Position numbers and translations under genes: made by a program. Positions 15,500 to 26,430 of a stretch of 64,000 nt of DNA are shown one piece after another. Within the stretch, counting starts at the first letter, position 1. Every line of letters begins with the position of its first letter. A model generated the notes under the pieces. That model saw only the letters and a list, made by a program, of their open reading frames with translations, had not been told where the DNA came from and searched no databases. Origin of the DNA: Ptychomitrium polyphyllum (taxonomy: Eukaryota); NCBI GenBank assembly GCA_973851085.1, contig OZ316775.1, positions 13,764,001 through 13,828,000 on the forward strand, written 5' to 3'.

Positions 15500-17113
15500 T
15501 ATTCATTGCAGAGCCAGCTGATGGAGCTGTGCACTACTACAGAGAGGAACTCCAAACAGAGAGCATGTCCCTGTTTAACCAAGATTCTGTGGATCAGCTG
15601 AGATGATTCGTATAAGACGATCTTTGGGACCTCAAAGTTGATATCGTTTACTTCTAGAAAGCAGACACAAACTTAAACTTTGAAGGAGAGAGCTCACTGT
15701 ACTTGTCCTCCCCTGCAAGAACTTCAAATGTCACAATGCTAAAGCTGTAGATATCGATTTTATAAGACTCAATGATACCACAGTATTGTCTATGCACCCC
15801 CTTAAATCTTCTGGTGCGAAATAAATAGTGGTTTCGTATCCTAATTTGAAATCTGTAGAATTTTCTATCCGAACACTTCCGAAATCAGCACCTTTGACTA
15901 GGTAATGCTTCACATTATTTGATGTCGAAATCTTATGTATGAGGATGTTGGAACACTTCAGATCGCAATGTGTCACGTTCTCCTGGTGCATGTACCTCAC
16001 AGCTTCTGCAACTCGCAACAGTACGCCAACTGACTCATGACCTGAGAACAGTGGCACTACCGAAAGATAACTCTATTGCTCAGAAATTTCACAAGGTCAT
16101 GTTTACTACATTCCATGAAATAAGAGTTCCCTAGTCCATCACAAGCCTCGCCGAAGCTGTAGACAATATCAGGATGAGAAAACCATGTCACAACTTTAAG
16201 CTCTGCGTCATTAACGTTACAGTTTACTGTTGTTCAAATCACCACCTCTCCGCGTAATCAGCTTTATAATCCTGTCAGCTAGCACCACCCATAACATTCT
16301 TCAGTGACCCTCTAAACACCCTCTTCCAAAGGACTCATTTCACTGTCCAAATATCTGATTTCTTGTCGAGAAAGGTGGTCTACTGAGTTTGTGCACCAAG
16401 TCATCAAACTAGGCTCACTCCTTCATACTTTTATTAATACATGCCCGCATTATTGATTTTTGATTTTCTGCCGAAGTGAGAGTTAGTTGCTTCAACTGCT
16501 GAAGAATGTTATAACCTCCTGCAAGATTCCTCACTTGCTTTACAGTAGCGGCCTGTACTTTCCAAAACATTTCTGAGATTCTCGATTGCTTACAGTACTC
16601 ATTCTCGGATCCTTCCAATCCAGTCCTCTTGAATCCTACCAATTTAATCTCCTCGGCGGCTCTTCCTATTCATTCTCCACAGGTCCTAACCGGGTTCCGG
16701 GTTCAGGTGCCCTCGTGTCTTATGATGCCCCGAAGCAAGCTAACGTCAACAGTCAGAAATGAGTCTGTAGCAGTCATTGCTTCAACCAATGCATTAGACC
16801 AAAATTCTCATGACCAATAAAGATTTAGTCAGTAACTGCCAGTTCATCTGCGACACTGAAGCAGAGGGAATTTTTTCTCAGGGTGATAATCAGCAAGGCT
16901 AACATAGCTCAACGCCTCTAGCTGAGGTTTTAATAGGTCAGCGAAAGATTCGCATAAGTACTTTCTGAACTTGGATCGATCAAATTTGATAAACTTTGCA
17001 ACTGCTGAAAGCTCAGTTCGAGTACTCTGTATCTCTAATACCTGATACAGCCAGTTGCCAGGATCTGGCTGCTCAGCCGTTTTACGAATTTTACAAACAG
17101 TAAAACGTGGCAT
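15500..17113 (-). pseudogene. Frameshifted protein kinase pseudogene (TKL-like) with N-terminal helical-region remnant
   Basis: Subdomains in order but across frames: ELKVVTWFSHPDIVYSFG...FMECSKHDLVKFL (~16200-16085); AEAVRYMHQENVTHCDLKCSNILI, GADFGS, YFAPE (ORF 15731-16057); KIDIYSFSIVTFEVLAG (~15765-15715). Several stops and frameshifts. Outer limits approximate. Confidence 0.85.
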
Positions 17114-17245
17114 TCAGCCTCGCAAGCTCTCCCTTTAACTGCAAGAACTCACAACCACCACGTGTCATCCACACTTGGCTAATTCACTAAAATCATATGC
17201 CAAGTGGCCCCCTAACTCAACATGCAGACTCCATACCTATAATTC
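17105..17245 (+). promoter_or_regulatory. ABRE-containing promoter of the small hydrophilic protein gene
   Basis: ACGTGGC at 17105-17111, CACGTGTC at 17159-17166, TATAA near 17238, 200-350 nt upstream of ATG 17453. Confidence 0.55.
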
Positions 17246-17452
17246 TCGCACGCACACCGTTGTCGCAAGCTTAGACTAGCGGTGCCGAAATCCATCTCCT
17301 GCACCTCCGCCTACTTTAACCCCCTCCCTTGAATTCCCCTCCACTACACACCTCATATCCACTAGCACACGCCATTTACATTTACACAATCACGTCGTTG
17401 TTTTCTCAGATATTTAGAAGGCTTCTTGCTTTGCTTGAGTCTGATCGAAACG

Positions 17453-18281
17453 ATGGATCACGGACAGGGCCAGTTGGAGAAGGCAGAAGTTAACGCTAAT
17501 CCCTCCGCTGCTACTGGCGCGGAGCGACACGCATTCCGGTAAGTTTGATAATTCTATGTATTTGTGACACAGCTCTAAGGTTTCTGACGTGAGTGTTTTA
17601 GAACTGGATTCTGACATGGTTCCGAGATTTGTTGTTGATTTTGTTTGTTAAAGATCTCAAGACGTTATGATGGAGGTTTTGTAGGATGATTGGGATGCTT
17701 TGTATAGACGAGCTCTGATGTGGGTGTGCTTGAATAGGACTGAATGTGAGGTTTGTTGATAGGAATAAGCAATGATGGTTACTTAACTTTGGAGTTTCTG
17801 ATTTATTCGATATTTTTCCTAGGGTTTGAATTGAGAGTTTAAGGTGTTTAGATTGATGCTGGGAGCTGGTTTGTGGGTTTAGGGATGATATGGGAGATTC
17901 TTATGGCGCGGGGTACATGACCCGGTCTGCTGATGAAGGCTATGGTGAGCGCTACGGTGAGGCTGTGAAGAAAGTTTTGGAGAAAAAGGCGGAGAAGGAG
18001 GAGCATCTGCATGAGATTCAGAGCGGCGCCGCCGCTGATCGAGACCAGAAGGCGGATTCAGGTACGTTTTGTTTGCTTCTTAAGCTATCTTTAAGACATT
18101 GCTCTTATAAGAGTATATTATTTACTGTGTGTTTTCTTTCATGTTTTATTTTTTGAAGGTTTTGGAAAATTGATGACCATGATGTTTTCACACAGAGGTG
18201 CATCCCCAGTATGACCGCACGCAAGGTCATCCCGTTGCACAGAAGGAAGACTCTCGCCATTCCACGAACCCGTCGAATTGA
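17453..18281 (+). CDS. Small hydrophilic (LEA/hydrophilin-like) protein, 116 aa, 3 exons
   Basis: Exons 17453-17538, 17883-18061, 18196-18281 with GTAAGT/TTTAG and GTACGT/CACAG boundaries keeping frame: MDHGQGQLEK...MGDSYGAGYMTRSADEGYGERYG...VHPQYDRTQGHPVAQKEDSRHSTNPSN. The YxTRSxxEGxG and HPxYDxTQG motifs recall a conserved small land-plant protein family (from memory, not searched). Confidence 0.85.
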
Positions 18282-19603
18282 AGATGAAGCTGTTGCTTAA
18301 AGGCGGGCTGATGAGCTTGGAGGACGAGGAGGAGCTGTAACTTAGAACGGGAAGTTCCTATTCCTAATTGGCCATCGCAACTGTGATCATCTCCGTTGTC
18401 AAATTGCAAATATCTCAAGACACGATGCCGACCAGCTGCCAGGCTCCGGATGCGTAGTTGCGTGAGCATTTGACCTGTAGATGAGAGCTTGATTAGACTA
18501 GTTACCCTCCATGATATTTCCACAGAATATCGACAGCACTGAATTGCAGCAATAATGCATCGTCTGCTTTAGTACAGTGTGATCCGCCGATGACAATTGA
18601 TGTACAGATTTCGCGGTATAATTGAATGAATTTCACGACGTTTGGAGTTATTTTCATACCTGCGCGGTAGATAGATCGATTTTCTTTTATTCTTGCATCA
18701 GATGGTAATTGACGATTGCGATTCAGATTGCTAAACATTTGCCATATTGACATGATCAATTGTTAAGCCCAAGTACATATTGACCGAAGTAACCATGCCA
18801 TATCTTTTTACATCTTAAGTTAATCATGTGAAACTTCTAGACCAAGGAGCCGTTTTGTATACCACTAGAAATAAGAAAACTTTGTTCTACGACATTGGGT
18901 TTTTTAGATGCACAAAGAAAATCAACATTCTAGTTATGGGGTTCAAAATGATATTACTGATTAGTTATTAATTTTTAAAGCTTGTGGACCAAGGGATTAA
19001 TCTCGACCTTCACAAGACGGTTTCTTGAGGGATCTTTTGAGATTGTTTGGGCTTGAAATTTGATCTGTTCTATCAAACGCGCAGGATAGAATTTTCAGGT
19101 TGTTTGGGAGTGGAGAATTTGAGAAGAATGCGAGCTTCATGCTAAAAGTTTTGCACCTAACACCTCTCACAAATTCACAAAGACCACGAAATAAATCGAT
19201 GTGATGGCTTTCGTTTTTCAGTTACTATCCTATTTAACTTCTTAATCTTCCAAGTTCTTATATCCACTTCCCATGTTTGCCACATCTTGAGCCGAACTTC
19301 AGTACAAATTCATCCTCAGACACCATTTCTCCATCTTTGTGCTTGGAGCAATGACGCAGTTAGTGAGGATTCACCGAGACGCGTCAATTGCTGGTTGAAA
19401 ACTATTTTCAACCTTCCTGCGATGTTCGCGAGGGCGACTCAGAATTTCTGCAAGGTCCGCCACTGAGACAGACCTCAAGATTTTCCAACTTTTAAACCGG
19501 ATGAAACATAATTCCCAGCCAGCTGATGAAACCAATGACCAAAAAAAGTTGCAGCACATTCATTGACCTCCTGACTGAAAAAATCTCGAATTCCACGAAT
19601 ATG

Positions 19604-20749
19604 TTACACATTGCTAGTTCGAGGTGTTCTATCTCTCGGCCCTACTCTTCTCACAAATGTTCCTATCGAGTCCAATATTGGTGCTAAAACTGGGTCATCT
19701 ATAGCGGCCTCCGTGACTACGGTGGTGTTATCCATATTGCCTCCACAGTATTGCAGTTGCGTTTCAAGGTGGCCAGCATTCTGGGCTAAAGTATCAGCCA
19801 GGGAGGTCGCTACAGCTCCTAAACTAAACCCTGCTCGCCAGAAGAACTTGACAGAATCCCTAAGCAACCATATCATGAAACAGAAATATGTAAAGCAGCC
19901 TATAACAGAGGTGACAACGACAGGAACCTGGCTCTGTTGAGGTCGGCTCGTTACCGCAGACCCGGCTGCCGCAAACGCAGCAACGCAACATGTGAGAGAA
20001 ATAACAAACAATAAATTGATAGTTGCTGCTTTCGTCAACGTGTGCGCTACGAAATGTGCTAACCTGTGCGTGATGGCTCGTTCAAGATACACAGAATCAG
20101 GGACCATGTCATCAGAAAGCTTCTCGATGGATGGACATGGCGCCTCGAGTCCCTGCGTGATCTTCTCTACAAAGTCGTTTAGGAACCGAAGGCTTCCAAT
20201 AGACTTTTTCTGCTTTAACTTCTTAGGTTTAGGGTTTGATAGAAAAGTCTCGGTATGGAGATCGGTCAGAGGTGCGAAGTTGCCACTCAAGCAAAGTATG
20301 AGGTCTGCCATGGAAAAGTAGAATGACAAGCTGTTGAAATACACAAACCAGGTAAGGCTCGGGCTCTCGTATGTTCGAATGAATCCGTCACTGTCGAAGG
20401 AGCCCGGAGGTTGTAAAAACCCTGCGTAAGTGACGGTAGCTAGCAACACAAGTACAAGTGAGTATGCATTAATTGACTTCACAAATGCCTTGTTCATTGC
20501 TACTAGAGTGAGCTGCTTCTTCCTCTCAAACTGCTCTTGCATCACCACTCTCATCCTCTCCTCCGTCATGTCTTCCATGCTGTTCATGTGGGCCATCCTT
20601 GGAACTTTCGAGAGCTTTGAGATTGTTCGTCTAGACATATCAGACGATGAACTATCTTCCAAGAACTCCGAATCGCTGTAAGTGTTGGTCCTTGGTGCAG
20701 TGCTGGCTACTGTCATAGGGGAAGCCATGCGTATGTGCAGCTTAGCCAA
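19604..20749 (-). CDS. PGG-domain multi-pass membrane protein without ankyrin repeats (up to 381 aa)
   Basis: Single ORF with LVLVLLATVTYAGFLQPPGSF (PGG signature), WFVYFNSLSFYFS and two further hydrophobic helices. The first codon of the ORF track is TTG, so the real start is probably MASPMT. The GC-rich 21.6-kb region with a GTACGT donor near 21598 may be a 5'UTR exon. Confidence 0.85.
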   Translation of the reverse strand: MAKLHIRMASPMTVASTAPRTNTYSDSEFLEDSSSSDMSRRTISKLSKVPRMAHMNSMEDMTEERMRVVMQEQFERKKQLTLVAMNKAFVKSINAYSLVLVLLATVTYAGFLQPPGSFDSDGFIRTYESPSLTWFVYFNSLSFYFSMADLILCLSGNFAPLTDLHTETFLSNPKPKKLKQKKSIGSLRFLNDFVEKITQGLEAPCPSIEKLSDDMVPDSVYLERAITHRLAHFVAHTLTKAATINLLFVISLTCCVAAFAAAGSAVTSRPQQSQVPVVVTSVIGCFTYFCFMIWLLRDSVKFFWRAGFSLGAVATSLADTLAQNAGHLETQLQYCGGNMDNTTVVTEAAIDDPVLAPILDSIGTFVRRVGPRDRTPRTSNV

Positions 20750-23288
20750 TCCTAATTTCAGAGGTGATAAGAATCACAACCTTTTCCTGATTTACTGGCC
20801 TGCTACAACACGGAACAACAGTTTTCCTGTCAATTCTGCAAGTTACAATTCAGTTCACAAAGCTGGCAATGTCTGCAGTAATTCAGGTCGAACTTGACAG
20901 CACCGTCGCCATAGCCAAATCAGATATCCTGTGACAGAGTCCCAGACAAAGGTTGCCAATTGAATACTAACAATTCCAGTATAATTCCAACGCAAAATCC
21001 ATCACCATCCTTTCTCTGGCAGTTAGCGCTAAACTCAAGCCTACTCTTGTATTTGCTCTTCGTGCTTCAAACACAGAATGTCAATGTTCTAATTTCTCCT
21101 CTAGAGGTTATAGTACTTTGTTCGATAAAGTGAACGCAGGTAAGTGAATTTGACCTTATATCAAAGCATTTCTAGGCATACCAAGTTCTTAAAATTCTAC
21201 TGCATATTCGTTAAGGCGCAAGATTTTAAACCCTAATCTGAGACAATCAACCGCTGGTAAGCATCTCTGAATGTGTTGTCTATCCACCATTCATACGCTG
21301 CTATGCACTGAGCAGGTCCTGTTGAGCAGGTCGGCAAATCAAAAGAACCGTGAAAACTATCCACTACTCTGGTTTTCTTCAATCACAAAGCAACCAGCGC
21401 AAACTTGCGAGCAACGAGCTATTCGGAGATCCGAAGATTGGCAGAGACCAGTTCATCACACTCCTAGTTCAGTACTGCCCGTGAGCAATAACTAAACACC
21501 TGCAGATGCTTTGTGCCTCCTTTCCACTCCTAATAAAAAAACTAGCTCTATTGTAAGCTAAACTTGACAAAGAAACAAGCTGGCAATCACGTACGTACCT
21601 AGAACGCGTCTCTCTAGCGAGCTCTCAAGTCCACGGGCCTACCCCCAACTTCCGGACCGATTCCAGTCTCCCGCCTGGCACTGATCGAAGTGCTGCAAAC
21701 CCGCCTCGATCCCAAACCGTACCGCACCAGAAGCTGAATCTTCCTAGATGACCGCCCCCGCGTTGCACGATCCTTTGTACGAAACTCTAGCGGATTCTTG
21801 CCGGTCCACGCATCCCATGGGTAACGTGAGGGGATGACACAGCCGGCGCCACGGCACCGCTTGTCGGAGGTGCTCCCCATGCATGCGTTTTCGTAAAGGA
21901 ATCTTGGCGCAATCAGACGTAGCCTCTTGTCTCGCCCACGGTATCGCTGTGTCACCGGACAGTTGCGCACATGGCCCCACAGTCTGGTCAACGTGGCCTG
22001 GTATACACTCTAATCTCCTTGGGGGCTATTTCCGTGCTCAACCGGACCCGACCTTGACCGAGGGTTTGATTTTGTTCAAGTTTCTCAATCCGACGTGTTA
22101 TAGGACGTGTTGGGTTTCTGCAAAGCGGCACACCGTCTTGCTTCATAAGATCCGGCGTTGACCATTCATGCTCGTGCACTATTCCAAACTCTTTTAGGGT
22201 GTCTCTGAGTAGTGACATGTCAACTATTATATATTGTTATGTAGTTAAGTATCAAATAAAGTTGTAAAAGTTCAATATTTTAGAAGTTTTTTAAATGATC
22301 AAACTTCTTATAGATCAATCATTCTATTTGTACACTCACATTTTGAATGGTATGACATATCTTTACAAACTTTAACTGCCATTATAAACTTAATTGAATA
22401 ATAGTTTTTATATTTTATTGATGGTGGCAACTATGGTTGATGGACAACTCATGTATGCATGCCCTATGTGTTTGATGGTATTTTATTGAAGTATATTATT
22501 AGTTGATTTTGAATTGAACTATGATTCATTTAATTGTTTGATAATATGTGACACCAATATGGGTTTTATACACGTTGATATATCAAAACCATAGTTGCAT
22601 TACATTGGTGCCAAATCTTTATTAGAAGACATTTATTATAGACATAACCAAAGTATTTGAGAGTAAAGTGTTGGAATAAATATATCAAAATAAAAGTAAA
22701 ATATTTAATATACTCAAGATGGCTTTTAATTCAAGATGCAATTTGATCAAGTCATGGTTATATAAAAGATATTATAAAAAAGATGAACAATAGAATGTTC
22801 CTTCAAAGAAACTTCTACAAGTAAAAGAATTGTTTAAAAAAGTAAGCAAGCTTCTATAAAAGAAATCTAGACCATGCATGTAGAGATTCTAAACTTTAAT
22901 ATGAATTACATTTACAAGTCAAGTACTTAGTCTTTAATATAGATATTTACCATGTTGAAATTTTCTTATTAATAATTTAGAAGTTCCATCATATTATGAT
23001 GTAAGCATAATAGAGAAGATCAAAATTCTTCTTAATCATTTACAATTTGCAAGTACAAAGTGTTTAGATTCTATTTTTGAAAATATAATAGAAAAAAGCA
23101 CCTATATACTAATAACTAATGTTACTTTAATACTTGTAGATCTTTAATATAATTTGCATCAATTATAAGTTTTAAATAAATAAATCGAAATAAATTTATA
23201 AATATCATTTAATATGTTGCTTTTATTATTTATGCATCATATGGAAGAAATTATGAATATATAAGCATTGTGAACAAATTCATGCCAC

Positions 23289-23855
23289 TGTCAGGGATAT
23301 AGATCATACAATATAGTCTTTAAAATCTTCTAGAATCTTCTAATATATTATAGTAGCTTCTTAGAACACTTTCAAATGTTTCCATAGTTGTTCTACATTT
23401 TTAGAAAATTTCCTAAGAAAATTCTACTACCTTAAAGAAACTTCCTATGAAGATTCCATCACCTTAGGAAACTTCATAGGAAGGTTCTACCACCTTAAGA
23501 AATTCTCAAGGATGGTTCTACCACCTTAAAAAATTCTCAAGGAAGGTTCTACTTCCTTGGAAGCTTCTTAAGATGGTTTCTTTAAAAACTTCTTGGAAAG
23601 GTTCCATAGACTTTTAGAACATTCTTAAGCCTTGTAAAAAGCTTCTTTAGAAATAACTTAGGAAATATAAGCGTTATAGTATAAATAGGAGATAAGATAA
23701 GGTATTCCTTAGTCTTGCCAATACAAAGTTGTGGATTATATTGTATCTTGCCTTGTTCTAGTCTTTGTATTAAGTTCTTGTTGATCATTAGCTTTTTGGT
23801 AGCTAATTCCTAAGAAACACTTTGTTTCTGCATTTCTTCTTTTATGTCCCTAATA
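23289..23855 (+). mobile_element. Solo LTR (567 bp) with 5-bp target-site duplication
   Basis: Starts TGTCAGGGA, ends TCCCTAATA (decayed TCCCTGACA inverted end); flanks GCCAC / GCCAT; internal TATAAATAGG near 23680. Confidence 0.8.
23420..23580. repeat. ~31-bp imperfect tandem repeat inside the solo LTR
   Basis: About 5 copies of AGGAAGGTTCTACCACCTTAAGAAATTCTCA-like units. Confidence 0.75.
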
Positions 23856-25459
23856 GCCATTTGAAATAAGTATAAAAAAATGTGTTATATTCTACTGTGA
23901 GCTGCATAAATATAATTAATTAATTTTATTTTAGTAAAATGAATTTCAAAATGTTCATAAATTAAATAATTGTCTTTTGTATAAGTATGTTAACTACACT
24001 ACAAACTTTAAGAATTCTATGACATTTAAATTTAAATATTTTTCTTGCAAGACTGATTTTTTTGCATTATCCAAATAATTTCTATATAACTTTCAGGTTA
24101 TTACTAAATGATAGTTTCAATAATACTATTGTACTTTTATTAAGACTTATAGGTTTTTATTCAATAAATTCTTCAAACCTAAAAGTGAATGTCAATTTAA
24201 ATTAAAATGATTAATATACCATTCATTTCATTGAATACAATTAATATTCATGTATGTTAATTTAATTTATACAAATAAAGAAATTTCTTCATTTTTGAAA
24301 ATAAACGCTTGAAAATAAATGTTATTTGCATTTGTTCCATATTCCACATAAATTTCAAGATATATTCAACTAATTATAAGAAGCCAGTTTTTTTAAAAAT
24401 AAAATTTAAATGAATTAATGATTTCTATAAAGATAATGTATATAATATAGTTCTTCATTGCCATAAATTTATATATGAAAATCAAATTGCAATATTTTAA
24501 TAATATATTATTAGCTCCTAATCTTGCAATTATAACTACAATAAGTATTTCATGGTAAAATTTGGTACTAAAGCTTCAATAATTACCAAATCATGCAAAG
24601 TTTGAAGAAACTATAGTGGGATTACATATCATCAAATAATTAAATAAATTTTAATGAAATACCATCAAACACATATAGCATGCATTTTGTGAATATAAAT
24701 TAACCCTCTTTATACAAAAGGACAATTTAAGTCACATAGTTCTATTTAGATTATGGTTATCTAAGTTGCGTTGTAGTCAAGTGTAAAGCCAAAATTAACC
24801 CTGACTTAATCCTAATCCTAATCCTAATGGATGAATTTGGATGAACTTAGATTAAAGTTTTTATCATCTCAGGTTAAAATATAAAAGATAAAGGTAGAAT
24901 AAAAGTAAAAAGATAAAAATACATAATATTCATCTAGATGGAAAAGTAATAAAAAATAAAAGTAATTATAATTAAAATTTATGGTAAAGTAAATGAGGAA
25001 GGGGTTCACTCAAGGAACAAGTCAATGCAATAAAAACAAAGGAAAAAAAACAACCCGAGGGTACTCCAATTAATGTAGCAGGCCCTCCTTCACCAAACAG
25101 GCCATGGTTTCTTTGTCTTTAATCCAATATTAGCTCACTTGCAGTCTATAAAAAGCTAGCTTAAGGGGCTAACAGTCACAAAAATTCAGCTTCAAACTTG
25201 TTATAATTCGCCCGAAACCGTCCTGTAAAGTAGGTCTTCTAGATCGGGAGGGCAACAGAACCCCCACTACTAAATTGGCTTCTGCCGCTGTCTCTGTTGT
25301 CCAAATTTCTAGATCTTATATTTTTTAAAATATTAGACTTAAAGTGGCTTTAGCACAATTAATTCTTATAACAATTGGACTTGTGACCACTAAGATGTGC
25401 CTTGCCGAAGTTGGGCTTAGTAAATTGCCAACTGTAAGACCTCCTTCATTTCAAACGAC

Positions 25460-25790
25460 CGCCATTTCTTCCATACTTTTTCAAATTGAGTATTCTTTGG
25501 CTTGTTGAAGAGCCTATAATCCCTTTTATCAACCCTTTAAATTTCAATTCCTACACTTGCACAACAAGGTACTGAAGGCCCAAAATCCAAACCCTAATTG
25601 CCGTAGTAACCCTCAAAGCACCCTCCACTAAATTGCTTGTTTCTTCCTTGTTATAGCTTTTGATTCAAGCATGCTTTGCCATGTTGAAAAGCTTATAACT
25701 TCTTCTACTAACACTATAAATTTCAGTTCTTACACTTGCACAATGAAGGACTGATGGCCCAATTCCGAACCCTAACTGTTGCCCTTCATG
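25460..25790. repeat. Two diverged ~175-bp tandem direct repeats in a TE remnant
   Basis: Both copies contain ...TGTTGAA.AGC.TATAA...TAAATTTCA.TTC.TACACTTGCACAA...ACTGA.GGCCCAA..TCC.AACCCTAA. Confidence 0.7.
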
Positions 25791-26079
25791 TTCCAATACT
25801 AACTTCTCTTGCTCATAACAAACTCCTATTTGCTAAAAACTAATTGTGTCAACTAACTCCAAAACCTATTTCAATTACCTAACTTCAAACTCTAACTTCA
25901 AAATCCTAACTTCAAAACCTAATTCTCTTTGCTTTTCAACAAACCTTTCTTGCTAAAACTAAGGGTGTGCTCACAACTAAACTTGCTTGAAAACTACTAA
26001 GTGTTAAATGTGTCTTTGCTTGCCTTTTCCTCTTTTTTATAAGGAACCTCACTTCTCTATTCCATTTCCATCGATTGTT

Positions 26080-26430
26080 AAAATTTCTAGATTACTTGAC
26101 TTTAATCCATACTTTGACTTTTTTTAAATGTAGCTGCTACTCTAAATTTAGCCTTGATCTACACATAGCTGATTTTCTAGATTTCAGCTACTAACTTAAA
26201 TGTAGCTACTGTTATATTCCTAGATTTTAGTTAACATCCTAAATTTAGCTATTTTTTCTAAACTTTGGTAGATGTTATAAATTTAATTGCTATTCTAATT
26301 TTCAATTATTTTCACATTTCAACAACTACTCTAAATTTAGCTATTATTCTATTTTTAAAATTTGGCCTAAATTTTGCTTGCTGCTTCTAAACTTCAGCTG
26401 CTACTTTAATTTTAGCTACTATTCTAATTA
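26080..26430. repeat. Degenerate short tandem repeat (AAATTTAGCTACT-like)
   Basis: Recurring TAAATTTAGCT / ATTTCAGCTACT / AATGTAGCTACT units. Confidence 0.6.

Noticed and set aside
21614..22218. Short ORFs in a GC-rich island
   Set aside because: No recognisable motifs; more likely promoter/5'UTR of the PGG gene.
23420..23580. ~31-bp repeats resembling a CRISPR array
   Set aside because: Head-to-tail with no unique spacers, inside a plant LTR, no cas genes.
24805..24830. (AATCCT)n and scattered AACCCTAA as interstitial telomere
   Set aside because: Only 3-4 non-canonical units or isolated telo-boxes.
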